Below, piece after piece: positions 1-8,287 of a stretch of 64,000 nucleotides of DNA. The position numbers and the translations under genes are program-made. Origin of the DNA: Candidatus Latescibacterota bacterium. Lineage in GTDB: Bacteria; Latescibacterota; UBA2968; UBA8231. Under the pieces are notes generated by a model that saw only the letters and a list, made by a program, of their open reading frames with translations, was not told where the DNA came from and did no database searches. How positions within the stretch are numbered: the first letter of the stretch is position 1; the number at the start of each line of letters is the position of its first letter. The stretch lies in assembly GCA_965215195.1 (NCBI GenBank), contig CBDCDC010000002.1:928001-992000 (forward strand). Direction: 5' to 3'.

Positions 1-669
1 GTTGCCGACGAGGAACTCAACGTGCGGCACAATAGCGCGATTGATCTGGCGGGCGCGCTCCCTGTCCGGCTCAACCTTGGAGCGGTAGTTGAGGTCAAAG
101 GAGCGGCCCGCGCCGTGCTCGCCGGCCTTCTGCATGGCCTCTAGCGCCAGCGCGGCCGTCTTCTCCGCGAGTAAGGTGTAAATCCCGCCGGTGCTAAACC
201 ACCGCGTACCCAACGCGCCGAAGAGGTGATCCCAGTCCACGTCGCCCGGCCCTATCTCGCGCACCGGGGTATGGGCGCGATAGTATTCGGTCACCGAAGG
301 CAACAGGCCCTTGCCGGCCCAAGTGAAGTTGATTCCGTTGTGCAAAGTCCCCTTGGCGTCGGTGCTGAATTGGCCCTTGCCACCGTTGTCAAACCAGATG
401 ATGTGCCCGGTGTCCAGCCCGGCTTCGCGCAGTTGGTTTTCGATGTTGCGGCCGACCCCGTCGTCCACGAGGGCCGTGATGACAGCGGCGCGCAAGCCGA
501 AGCAATAGCTCAAGCCCTCGACGACATTGGTCTCGCCGCCCCCGTGCCATATCCGGGCGGTGCGCGCCCGAGCCGTGGGCACTTGGCCGGGATCGAGGCG
601 CATGAGCACTTCGCCCAAGGCGATGGCGTCGTAGTGGGTTTGGTCTGCTGATTTGAGTTGGATGGTCAT
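1..669 (-). CDS. PfkB-family sugar kinase (2-keto-3-deoxygluconate kinase-like); 3' end runs off the window
   Basis: Manual translation from ATG at 669 (AAGGAG RBS upstream): MTIQLKSADQTHYDAIALGEVLMRLDP..HGGGETNV..SFDLNYRSK. The GE-x-LMR, GG-x-E-x-NV and FDLNYR motifs are typical of KdgK-like PfkB kinases. Absent from the ORF track because it is truncated. Confidence 0.8.
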   Translation of the reverse strand, partial: MTIQLKSADQTHYDAIALGEVLMRLDPGQVPTARARTARIWHGGGETNVVEGLSYCFGLRAAVITALVDDGVGRNIENQLREAGLDTGHIIWFDNGGKGQFSTDAKGTLHNGINFTWAGKGLLPSVTEYYRAHTPVREIGPGDVDWDHLFGALGTRWFSTGGIYTLLAEKTAALALEAMQKAGEHGAGRSFDLNYRSKVEPDRERARQINRAIVPHVEFLVGN

Positions 670-699
670 GTTGCTTGCTTTCTCCTTGTGTTGTTGAAG

Positions 700-1290
700 T
701 TATCGCAGGTTGCCCAACGCACAGAGCCGTTCGACAAAATAACGGGCACTAGGGCAATTGGCGTGTCGGGCGGCTCGTCTGACATCAAACCCGTGCTGGC
801 GAATGAACTTTCTCGAAAAACGAACTTTTGTTCCCGGCCCACTACCCCTTTTGCGGCCGAGTTCCTTCAGCCGATCCCAAGGCATTCCAGCCAACGTTTC
901 CGGGGCAGCCTCATAGAAAGTGTCGTCGCCCAACCAGCGGCGCATCGCCTCCGTATCGGCGAGGAACCAAGATTCCATCGCCTTCCTTGCAATTGCGATC
1001 AAATCAATGCCTTGGGAACCAATGATTTTCTTGCGCTTTTGCACACACGGAGCACAGGTCTCGGGATCGAGGTCAGCCAGTACAACCACCTTGTTTGGAT
1101 TGGCCCTCGTCCTGAGATTCTTGATGAAAGCTCCGATATTACGGCTGCACATATTACCGCCCCCAGCGGCATCAACCACTAGGTCAATCACTTCCAAGTT
1201 GCAATCCTCGCGTAGCCATTTCCGCAACAATTCGCTTTCGACTAGCCGCTTTTCTGAAGCCCCTTCCACCACGAACCTCACAGTCACCAT
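700..1290 (-). CDS. TOPRIM-like (DUF4276-like) putative nuclease, partner of the upstream ABC ATPase
   Basis: MVTVRFVVEGASE..VVVLADLD..AMESWFLAD has the EG, DxD and ESW motifs. Its ATG overlaps the ATPase stop (ATGGTGA). Confidence 0.7.
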   Translation of the reverse strand: MVTVRFVVEGASEKRLVESELLRKWLREDCNLEVIDLVVDAAGGGNMCSRNIGAFIKNLRTRANPNKVVVLADLDPETCAPCVQKRKKIIGSQGIDLIAIARKAMESWFLADTEAMRRWLGDDTFYEAAPETLAGMPWDRLKELGRKRGSGPGTKVRFSRKFIRQHGFDVRRAARHANCPSARYFVERLCALGNLR

Positions 1291-2396
1291 GGCAATCCCC
1301 CAGCTAAAAGGTTCGAAAGCCACGCTTCGTCGAGACCCAACGGAGCAAGGTCCTCTTGGGAGATGTTCCCGGCATCGGCTGGCTTCATTATAGTGCGGCC
1401 TTCAACCTTATCTACGAGAATGAATTCGCCGAGATTAAGTGCCCGAACAACGGACTCGCTATGCGTGGTCAACCAGATGGGACTTTCAGGCGCAGCCTGC
1501 TGCCGCATCAAATCTATCAGTTCGTAGATGGCCTTGGGATGCAGCCCTCTTTCCGGCTCCTCAATCAATGTCATTCCGCAACCTGAAGGCGCGTCGAGTG
1601 CGGCGACCAGTAAACAGAGCGCGTACATCGTCCCGTCTGAAACTAGATGGGCTGGGAACGGTTTCTCAATCCCTTCCTCCTTGAATCGCAGAGCAGTTCT
1701 GCCGTCTAGCCTCTGCTGTTCAGTCTGGATCTTCTCGATCCCTGGGACAATCATTTCCATCCAGTCCTGAATTTCTTCGCGTATCGCTTCATCGCCCTCT
1801 AAACGATGCAAGACACTCGCCAGATTGTTTCCCTTGCTTCTTAATTGCGTTGAATCAAAGTCAGATTTATCCGGCTCCTTTGCGCCCGTAGGATCAATCC
1901 TATACACATGCAAATTTCTCAGGAGTTTAGTAAGCGGATGATTTCGATGCTCAAGCGATAGATTCGAATAGATGCGGTCCTCGCTTACAACGGGCCGTTC
2001 TTCGGCGTAGATCGCTCCCTTGCCCCCAGTTTGCTCCTCATTGAGCTCCAAGCATTCTCTGATGCCGGGTTCGCTGTCGAGGTGGTCAATGCTCAACGAA
2101 TAGCAGATTTCCCGTTGTTCCAAAAGATCGCATTCGATCTCAAAGCTAAACTTCTTGGAATCTGCTCCCGCGCGTTTTTTTGAATAGATATTTGCAAAAC
2201 CCCCGTGCTCGCGCAGCGCGATTTCAAGCCCGCCACGCACAAAGAGGCCGACAAAATCCAGCGCATCAAAGAAATTGCTCTTGCCCGAGCCATTCGCTCC
2301 CGCGAATACCGAAAAAGGAGCAAGTCCCTTTACTTCCAAAGAGTCAATGCTCTTGAAGTTTTCGATCTTCAATCTGCGAATGGTTTTCTCGCTCAT
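1284..2396 (-). CDS. AAA_21/ABC-type ATPase (COG4637-like)
   Basis: Walker A GANGSGKSN, signature VSDGT, Walker B/D-loop IEEPERGLHP, H-loop TTHS. The probable start MSEKTIRRLKIENFKSI at 2396 overlaps the upstream stop (ATGA). Confidence 0.85.
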   Translation of the reverse strand: MSEKTIRRLKIENFKSIDSLEVKGLAPFSVFAGANGSGKSNFFDALDFVGLFVRGGLEIALREHGGFANIYSKKRAGADSKKFSFEIECDLLEQREICYSLSIDHLDSEPGIRECLELNEEQTGGKGAIYAEERPVVSEDRIYSNLSLEHRNHPLTKLLRNLHVYRIDPTGAKEPDKSDFDSTQLRSKGNNLASVLHRLEGDEAIREEIQDWMEMIVPGIEKIQTEQQRLDGRTALRFKEEGIEKPFPAHLVSDGTMYALCLLVAALDAPSGCGMTLIEEPERGLHPKAIYELIDLMRQQAAPESPIWLTTHSESVVRALNLGEFILVDKVEGRTIMKPADAGNISQEDLAPLGLDEAWLSNLLAGGLPW

Positions 2397-3274
2397 GGCT
2401 GCACCCGCACTCGGCTCTCTTTTACGAGGGACTTCTCCAGCGCCTCCAGCACCGCCACCGGCCCCAGCATGGTCTGCGCGGTCTCGTCGGTTTTGCCCGT
2501 GCGGAACATGGCGCAAAAATCGCGAATGCCGCTCAGATACGGGCTCTCGTCAAATGAGATCGGCGCGTCAATGCGGCCCTTTGCGCCGATGGCACTCAAG
2601 TGGAAGCCTAAGGCCGCGCCCCCCACCAAATTCAGGGTGGCTACGCAGCCGTCGCGGTACGTGAGAGTAGCCGTGTGGTTGGCACCTGCCCCGCGATGGA
2701 CCTCGGCCCAGCATATATCCGGGCCGAGCAGGCGCAGCACCATATCCACTTGGTGAATGCCATAAAAAAAGACCCCGCCCCACTTCGCCTTGATGTCGCA
2801 GGGGCCAGTGGAGACCAACGCCTGAATGGGGCCGAGCTGGCCCATCTTTTGGGCAAAGGCCCGGTAAGCAGCCTGTTTGGGCAGCGTGGAAAAGGAGCAG
2901 ACCGGCACACCTAACTCCTCAGCCCGCGCCAAAAAGCACTTCCCCTCGGCCAAGCGGTAGCAAAACGGCTTGTCGATAAAAAGCGGGATCTTGGCCTCCA
3001 GCAGCGGCCGGGCCGCCGGCAGGTGCTCCTTGCCGTGGCGGTGATCCACTACCGCTGCATCGACTTGGCCGATCAACGCTTCGGGTGCTCGGACCATGTG
3101 CGGGATTTGACCGGCCGCGGCCGCGGCTTGCGCGTATTGGGCAGTCTCGCCCCACACATGGGTCACCCGCACTCCCTGCACCCTTTTTTCGACGTTGAGT
3201 ACCTTGGCGATGGCTGCTGTGTGGCTGTTTTCCGCCCCGACGATGCCGATGGTCAGCACCTTATGCCTCCCCAA
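2393..3274 (-). CDS. Gfo/Idh/MocA-family oxidoreductase (probable start GTG at 3259)
   Basis: IGIVGAENSH Rossmann motif, FIDKP, YGIH. Confidence 0.85.
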   Translation of the reverse strand: MGRHKVLTIGIVGAENSHTAAIAKVLNVEKRVQGVRVTHVWGETAQYAQAAAAAGQIPHMVRAPEALIGQVDAAVVDHRHGKEHLPAARPLLEAKIPLFIDKPFCYRLAEGKCFLARAEELGVPVCSFSTLPKQAAYRAFAQKMGQLGPIQALVSTGPCDIKAKWGGVFFYGIHQVDMVLRLLGPDICWAEVHRGAGANHTATLTYRDGCVATLNLVGGAALGFHLSAIGAKGRIDAPISFDESPYLSGIRDFCAMFRTGKTDETAQTMLGPVAVLEALEKSLVKESRVRVQP

Positions 3275-4085
3275 ACGGCCACAGCTTCAACACCGTCTTG
3301 CCCAGCACCCACTCCAGATCCTCCGGCGCGATGAACTTCATCTCGTCGCGCACCACCGTCAGGGGTTGGGCGTATTCGGCCCTCGACAGACACACTGGCC
3401 AATCCGTGCCCCACATGATGCGCTGCGGCCCAAAGGTCTGATACACTTCCTCGACCATCTCGTGCGTATCGGCCCAAGGGTAGCCCTGCTTGGACAGCGA
3501 CCATGTGTGGCTGATCTTGACGTACACGCGGGGGTAACGGGCCATATCCATTAGCAATTGCCGCTCCTGCGGGTTGTCGGGATGGGCACTGGCCATGTGG
3601 TCGATGCAGCAATCCACCTCCGGGTAGCGGTCGAGAATCCGCGCCAAATCCGGCAGCCGGCTCGTCCCGGTCAAGATCAACATCGGGATCCCCAAATCCT
3701 GAGCGCGCCCGAAAATCGGGTCCATCCCCGGCCCCTTAAACCAATCGCCGCTCGCATCCCGCGACGGCGAGAGCCGCATCCCGTGCAGGCCGTGCTCTTC
3801 CGTCCACATGGACATGTGATCGGCCGCGGCCGGGTCTTGGGGATTGATGCGCCCCACGGCCATGAAGCGGTCAGGATATTGCTCGATGACGTGGGCGACA
3901 TAGCTATTGTCCCAGCGGTAGTGAATCACCTGCACCAGCACGGTCTTTTCCACCCCGTTGGCGTCCATCAGCGCCAGTAGGTCTTCGGCCGTGTGGTCTT
4001 CGGCGGGCGGATTGGGGTTTTCCGCTGGCCAGGGAAAGGCCGGATCGTTGATCCATACGTGTACATGAGGGTCGATGATGCGCAT
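3261..4085 (-). CDS. Amidohydrolase_2 family protein (sugar lactonase-like)
   Basis: IIDPHVHVW metal motif, IDHMA, WGTDWP; start at MRIIDPH. Confidence 0.85.
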   Translation of the reverse strand: MRIIDPHVHVWINDPAFPWPAENPNPPAEDHTAEDLLALMDANGVEKTVLVQVIHYRWDNSYVAHVIEQYPDRFMAVGRINPQDPAAADHMSMWTEEHGLHGMRLSPSRDASGDWFKGPGMDPIFGRAQDLGIPMLILTGTSRLPDLARILDRYPEVDCCIDHMASAHPDNPQERQLLMDMARYPRVYVKISHTWSLSKQGYPWADTHEMVEEVYQTFGPQRIMWGTDWPVCLSRAEYAQPLTVVRDEMKFIAPEDLEWVLGKTVLKLWPFGEA

Positions 4086-4229
4086 GAAGGGTTCCTTTCT
4101 GCGAAATGGTTGGCGATAAAATGCTAAAAAGGGCCGGGGGCGTCCAGCACGGCACTGCTTGCGAGTCCGCGTCCAGCCGCCTAGATTGACCGGCACCTTT
4201 CTTCACCTGCGGCCCACAGGAGACCTGTC

Positions 4230-5798
4230 TTGTTCGACTTGATCATTTGCAACGGCACCATCATCAACGGCACCCGCGCCAACCGCTATCCCGCGGATGT
4301 CGGCCTGCGCGGCGACCGCATCGCGGCCATCGGCGACCTCGGCAACAGCGAATCCCAGCACAGCATTGACGCCCAAGGCAAAATCGTCGCCCCGGGCTTT
4401 GTCGACGTTCACAACCACTCCGACGGCTGGCTCTTGCAGCAGCCCAACTTCCTCCCCAAGACCCTCCAAGGCTTTACCACCGAAGTCCTCATGGCCGACG
4501 GCATTTCCTACGCCCCGCTCGACGCGCCCACCCGCGCCCACTGGCTCTACTACATGCGCGCCCTCAACGGCCTGATGCAAAGCCACTACTCAGGCTGGGA
4601 GAGCCTCGCCGATTACATGCAGGTACTCGACAGCCGCACCGCGCAAAACACCATCACCCACCTCCCCTACGCCCACCTGCGGGCCATGGCCTGCGGCTGG
4701 GATCGCCGCGTCCCCGACGACGTGCAAATGGAAGAGATTCTCGCCGGGGTCGAGCGCGGCATGGCCGAAGGCGCGGTCGGCCTTTCGACCGGCCTCGACT
4801 ACATTGCCGAATGCTTTGCCACCACCGACGAACTCGTCGAAGCCTGCACCGCCATGGCGGCCCAACAGGGCCTTTATGCCACCCATGTGCGCTACAAAAA
4901 GGGCACCCTCGCCGGGGTGCAGGAGGCCGTCGAAATCGGCCGGCGTGCCGGCGTCCCGGTTCACATTTCCCACTTCAAGGGCACCTCGCCCGAGCAGATC
5001 GACGAGCTGCTGTCGTACGTGGATCAAGTCGCCGTTCACGAGGTCGATTTCAGTTTTGACGTCTATCCCTACCTGCCCGGCTCGACCATGCTCAACTTCA
5101 TGTTGCCCTATGAGGTGTGGGAGGACGGTCCGTTGGGTGCCTTGCCCAAACTCAACGATCCCGCGCTGCGCCGCCGCTTCGCCCGCGTCCTCGACCGCTA
5201 CCCCAACCCCCTCGACCGGATGACCATTGCTTGGCTGCCCGGGCGGGACAACGCCGGCTTTATCGGCCGCACCTTAGACGAATACGTGCAACAGGCCGGC
5301 GCATCCCCGGCCGACGCGCTCTGCGACCTGTTGATCGAGGAAAACTTGGCGGTCCTCCTCGTCTTCCACCACGGCGACGACGCCTTGGTGCATCCCTTCC
5401 TGTCGCACGACAAATACATGATGGGCAGCGATGGGATTTACTTCCCCGACGGCGCGGTTCACCCGCGTTTATACGGATCGGCCGCGCGCCTGTTGGGCCC
5501 TTGCGTACGCGACCACCAGCTCTTCTCGCTCGAAGACGCGGTGTACAAGCTGAGCGCTCACCCGGCATCGCGGTTTGGCCTGACGCAACGGGGGCAAATC
5601 GCCGAGGGCTTCTACGCGGACTTGGTCGTCTTTGACGCGGCGACTGTTGCGGATCGCGCTACGTACGCCGACCCCCATCAGTATTCGGTCGGGGTCGAGC
5701 ACGTCCTCGTCAACGGGGTTCCCATCGTCCGCAATGGAGGCGCGGTCGAGGGCTTGGGGCCGCGCTGGCCGGGCCGCTATCTCAAGTTCAGGGCCTGA
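4230..5798 (+). CDS. N-acyl-D-amino-acid deacylase (D-aminoacylase family)
   Basis: PGFVDVHNHSD, GLSTGLDY, HISHFK, GSDG..HPRLYG, ADLVVFD. Confidence 0.85.
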   Translation: MFDLIICNGTIINGTRANRYPADVGLRGDRIAAIGDLGNSESQHSIDAQGKIVAPGFVDVHNHSDGWLLQQPNFLPKTLQGFTTEVLMADGISYAPLDAPTRAHWLYYMRALNGLMQSHYSGWESLADYMQVLDSRTAQNTITHLPYAHLRAMACGWDRRVPDDVQMEEILAGVERGMAEGAVGLSTGLDYIAECFATTDELVEACTAMAAQQGLYATHVRYKKGTLAGVQEAVEIGRRAGVPVHISHFKGTSPEQIDELLSYVDQVAVHEVDFSFDVYPYLPGSTMLNFMLPYEVWEDGPLGALPKLNDPALRRRFARVLDRYPNPLDRMTIAWLPGRDNAGFIGRTLDEYVQQAGASPADALCDLLIEENLAVLLVFHHGDDALVHPFLSHDKYMMGSDGIYFPDGAVHPRLYGSAARLLGPCVRDHQLFSLEDAVYKLSAHPASRFGLTQRGQIAEGFYADLVVFDAATVADRATYADPHQYSVGVEHVLVNGVPIVRNGGAVEGLGPRWPGRYLKFRA

Positions 5799-6152
5799 TT
5801 AGTACTTGCTCATCGGCCCGCCGTTCCAACACTCGGCCGTCTCGCCCTTGGAGTTGAGGAGCGTGGCCGAGTGCTTGCCCAGCGCGACCCATACCGTCTT
5901 ACCAACGTAGAGCCAGCACCAAGAACAATGCTCTTTGGGGTCGAGCAACCAGACGCTCCCGTCCGGCAACCGCACCAACAGGTGCCCTTCGGCAAAGCGG
6001 CGCATCAGGTGCGCCTCCACATAGCCACCCTCAGCCAAAAGCTGCGCGGCTTTGGGCGAAGGTTGCGGGGTGGCGATCAGCGCACATCCTCCGATTAACA
6101 CGGCGCAGACGACCGCTCCACGAATCTTATGTATTGTGGCGAGCGCTGACAT
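5799..6152 (-). CDS. Hypothetical exported/lipoprotein
   Basis: Hydrophobic N-terminus with LIGGC lipobox-like motif; internal CxxC. Confidence 0.5.
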   Translation of the reverse strand: MSALATIHKIRGAVVCAVLIGGCALIATPQPSPKAAQLLAEGGYVEAHLMRRFAEGHLLVRLPDGSVWLLDPKEHCSWCWLYVGKTVWVALGKHSATLLNSKGETAECWNGGPMSKY

Positions 6153-6207
6153 TTTCTTCTCTTGCTTTGGCTTGACGCTGTTTTATTCGCTTCGTTAGGT
6201 ATTTAGA

Positions 6208-8286
6208 ATGAATAGACAACAAGCGGAGAGGCTTCTACAGATAGCTGTAGGCAACCCTGATGCGCGGTTCAGGGCTGGGCAGTGGGAGGCTATTGATGCC
6301 GTGTCGAATTGGAGAGCCAAGCTGCTCCTAGTGCAACGGACGGGTTGGGGTAAGAGTGCCGTGTACTTCGTCGCCACGAGAATCTTCCGCAACGCAGGTC
6401 GCGGCCCAACCATCATCGTATCGCCGCTGCTAGCCCTGATGCGAAATCAGGTTGAGGCGGCGCAGCGACTCGGGATACGCGCTGCATCGATCGACTCGTC
6501 CAATCGCGCTGACTGGGACGACATCATCACGGACGTGCTTAACGATCAGATCGACGCCTTGCTGATAACGCCCGAACGGCTCGCCAACGAAGACTTTCGC
6601 CAGAGCGTACTGATGAAAATTGCAGATCGTATCGGTCTGCTCGTTGTGGACGAGGCACATTGCATCTCCGACTGGGGCCATGACTTCCGGCCCGACTACC
6701 GGCGCTTGACCAACGTGCTGAGAATGCTTCCGCGCAACATGCCGGTCCTCGGCACGACCGCAACTGCCAATGACCGGGTGATTGGCGATATTAAGACGCA
6801 GCTAGCTGATTTCCAAATCCAGCGTGGTCCCCTCTCGCGTCACTCGCTTTCGCTCCAAACCATAAGGCTTGACAGTCAAGCCTCGCGCTTGGCTTGGCTT
6901 GCCCAATCAATTCCGCAGATCCCTAGCAGTGGCATAGTGTACGTACTGACCAAACGCGACGCCGAACAGGTTGCCGCTTGGCTGTCTCGGCAGGGCATTT
7001 CAGCTCGGTCCTACCACGCAGCCGTCTACCACAATAAACGCCGGCGGCTGGAAAACATGCTGCTGAACAACAAGATCAAGGTCTTGGTCGCCACCACAGC
7101 CTTAGGTATGGGATACGACAAGCCGGACCTCAGCTTCGTCATCCACTATCAGGCTCCTAGTTCCGTCGTCGCCTACTATCAGCAGGTGGGCAGAGCCGGC
7201 CGGGCCATCCCTAGTGCCGTTGGGATCCTGCTCGCGGGAAAGGAAGACGAGCAGATTCACGAGTACTTCCGGCGGACGGCCTTTCCACCAGAACATGCGG
7301 TTGCGGCGGTACTCGATGCATTGGAAGAATCTGACGGTAAGTCCATCAATGAACTACAGAACCAGCTAAACATGCGCCAGAGCCAGATTGAGCAGGTCCT
7401 GAAGGTCCTCAGCGTCGAAGTCCCTTCACCTTTCATAAAGGTCGGTTCAAAATGGCACCGCACCGCGGCCGAATTCGAGTTGGACAGGGAGCGCATTCAT
7501 CGACTTTCTGGCCAGAGAGAACGCGAGTGGCAAGAGTTTCAGGAGTACGTCGATACCGACGACTGCTTCATGGAATACCTCGGACGCATGCTGGACGATC
7601 CCGCAGGCGAGAGATGCGGCAAGTGCGCGAACTGCATGGAAAAGCCCGTGATCGCAACCACAGTTGAGCACCCACTGGAGGTAGAAGCGGTCCGCTTTCT
7701 GCGCCGATCGGAACTGCCGTTCGAGCCGAGAGCGAGAATTTCCAAAGGGACACTGCCGACTTACGGGTTCCCAAATGACCGCTTAGTACCGGAGCTGCAG
7801 GCGTCGGAGGGGCGAATTCTGTCGCAGTGGGGAGATGCTGGCTGGGGTGCGGTCGTCGCCGAAGACAAGGAATCTGGGCACTTCCGAGACGAGCTCGTCC
7901 GCGCAGTGGCTGAAATGATCCGAGAGCGATGGCAGCCAGACCCGCCTGCAAAATGGGTTACTTGCGTTCCATCGCTTCGGTGCCCGGCCTTGGTTCCTGA
8001 TTTTGCACGACGCTTGGCATCTACGCTCCAGCTTCCATTCTGCGATGTGATCCAGAAAGTACGAGACTGCCCGCCGCAGAAACAGCAGGAGAACACCTTC
8101 CATCAGTGCCGAAATCTCGACGGCGCATTCAAAGTCGTCGACAGCGTTTCGGCTTCGCCCGTCCTACTCATCGACGATGTAATCGATTCACGCTGGACGA
8201 TGACTGTTCTGGCCGCCCTCCTACAGCACTCTGGAAGCGGCTTGGTTTATCCCGTAGGGCTGGCATCAGCGAGCTCAGGAGGTTGA
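6208..8286 (+). CDS. RecQ-family helicase with C-terminal ComF-like phosphoribosyltransferase domain
   Basis: RTGWGKS, VVDEAHCISDWGHDFRPDY, TATA, ALGMGYDKPD, YYQQVGRAGR and Zn motif CGKCANC. The C-terminus has QKQQEN..RNLDGAF..VLLIDDVIDS, a PRTase PRPP-loop. No HRDC domain recognised. Confidence 0.85.
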   Translation: MNRQQAERLLQIAVGNPDARFRAGQWEAIDAVSNWRAKLLLVQRTGWGKSAVYFVATRIFRNAGRGPTIIVSPLLALMRNQVEAAQRLGIRAASIDSSNRADWDDIITDVLNDQIDALLITPERLANEDFRQSVLMKIADRIGLLVVDEAHCISDWGHDFRPDYRRLTNVLRMLPRNMPVLGTTATANDRVIGDIKTQLADFQIQRGPLSRHSLSLQTIRLDSQASRLAWLAQSIPQIPSSGIVYVLTKRDAEQVAAWLSRQGISARSYHAAVYHNKRRRLENMLLNNKIKVLVATTALGMGYDKPDLSFVIHYQAPSSVVAYYQQVGRAGRAIPSAVGILLAGKEDEQIHEYFRRTAFPPEHAVAAVLDALEESDGKSINELQNQLNMRQSQIEQVLKVLSVEVPSPFIKVGSKWHRTAAEFELDRERIHRLSGQREREWQEFQEYVDTDDCFMEYLGRMLDDPAGERCGKCANCMEKPVIATTVEHPLEVEAVRFLRRSELPFEPRARISKGTLPTYGFPNDRLVPELQASEGRILSQWGDAGWGAVVAEDKESGHFRDELVRAVAEMIRERWQPDPPAKWVTCVPSLRCPALVPDFARRLASTLQLPFCDVIQKVRDCPPQKQQENTFHQCRNLDGAFKVVDSVSASPVLLIDDVIDSRWTMTVLAALLQHSGSGLVYPVGLASASSGG

Positions 8287-8287
8287 A

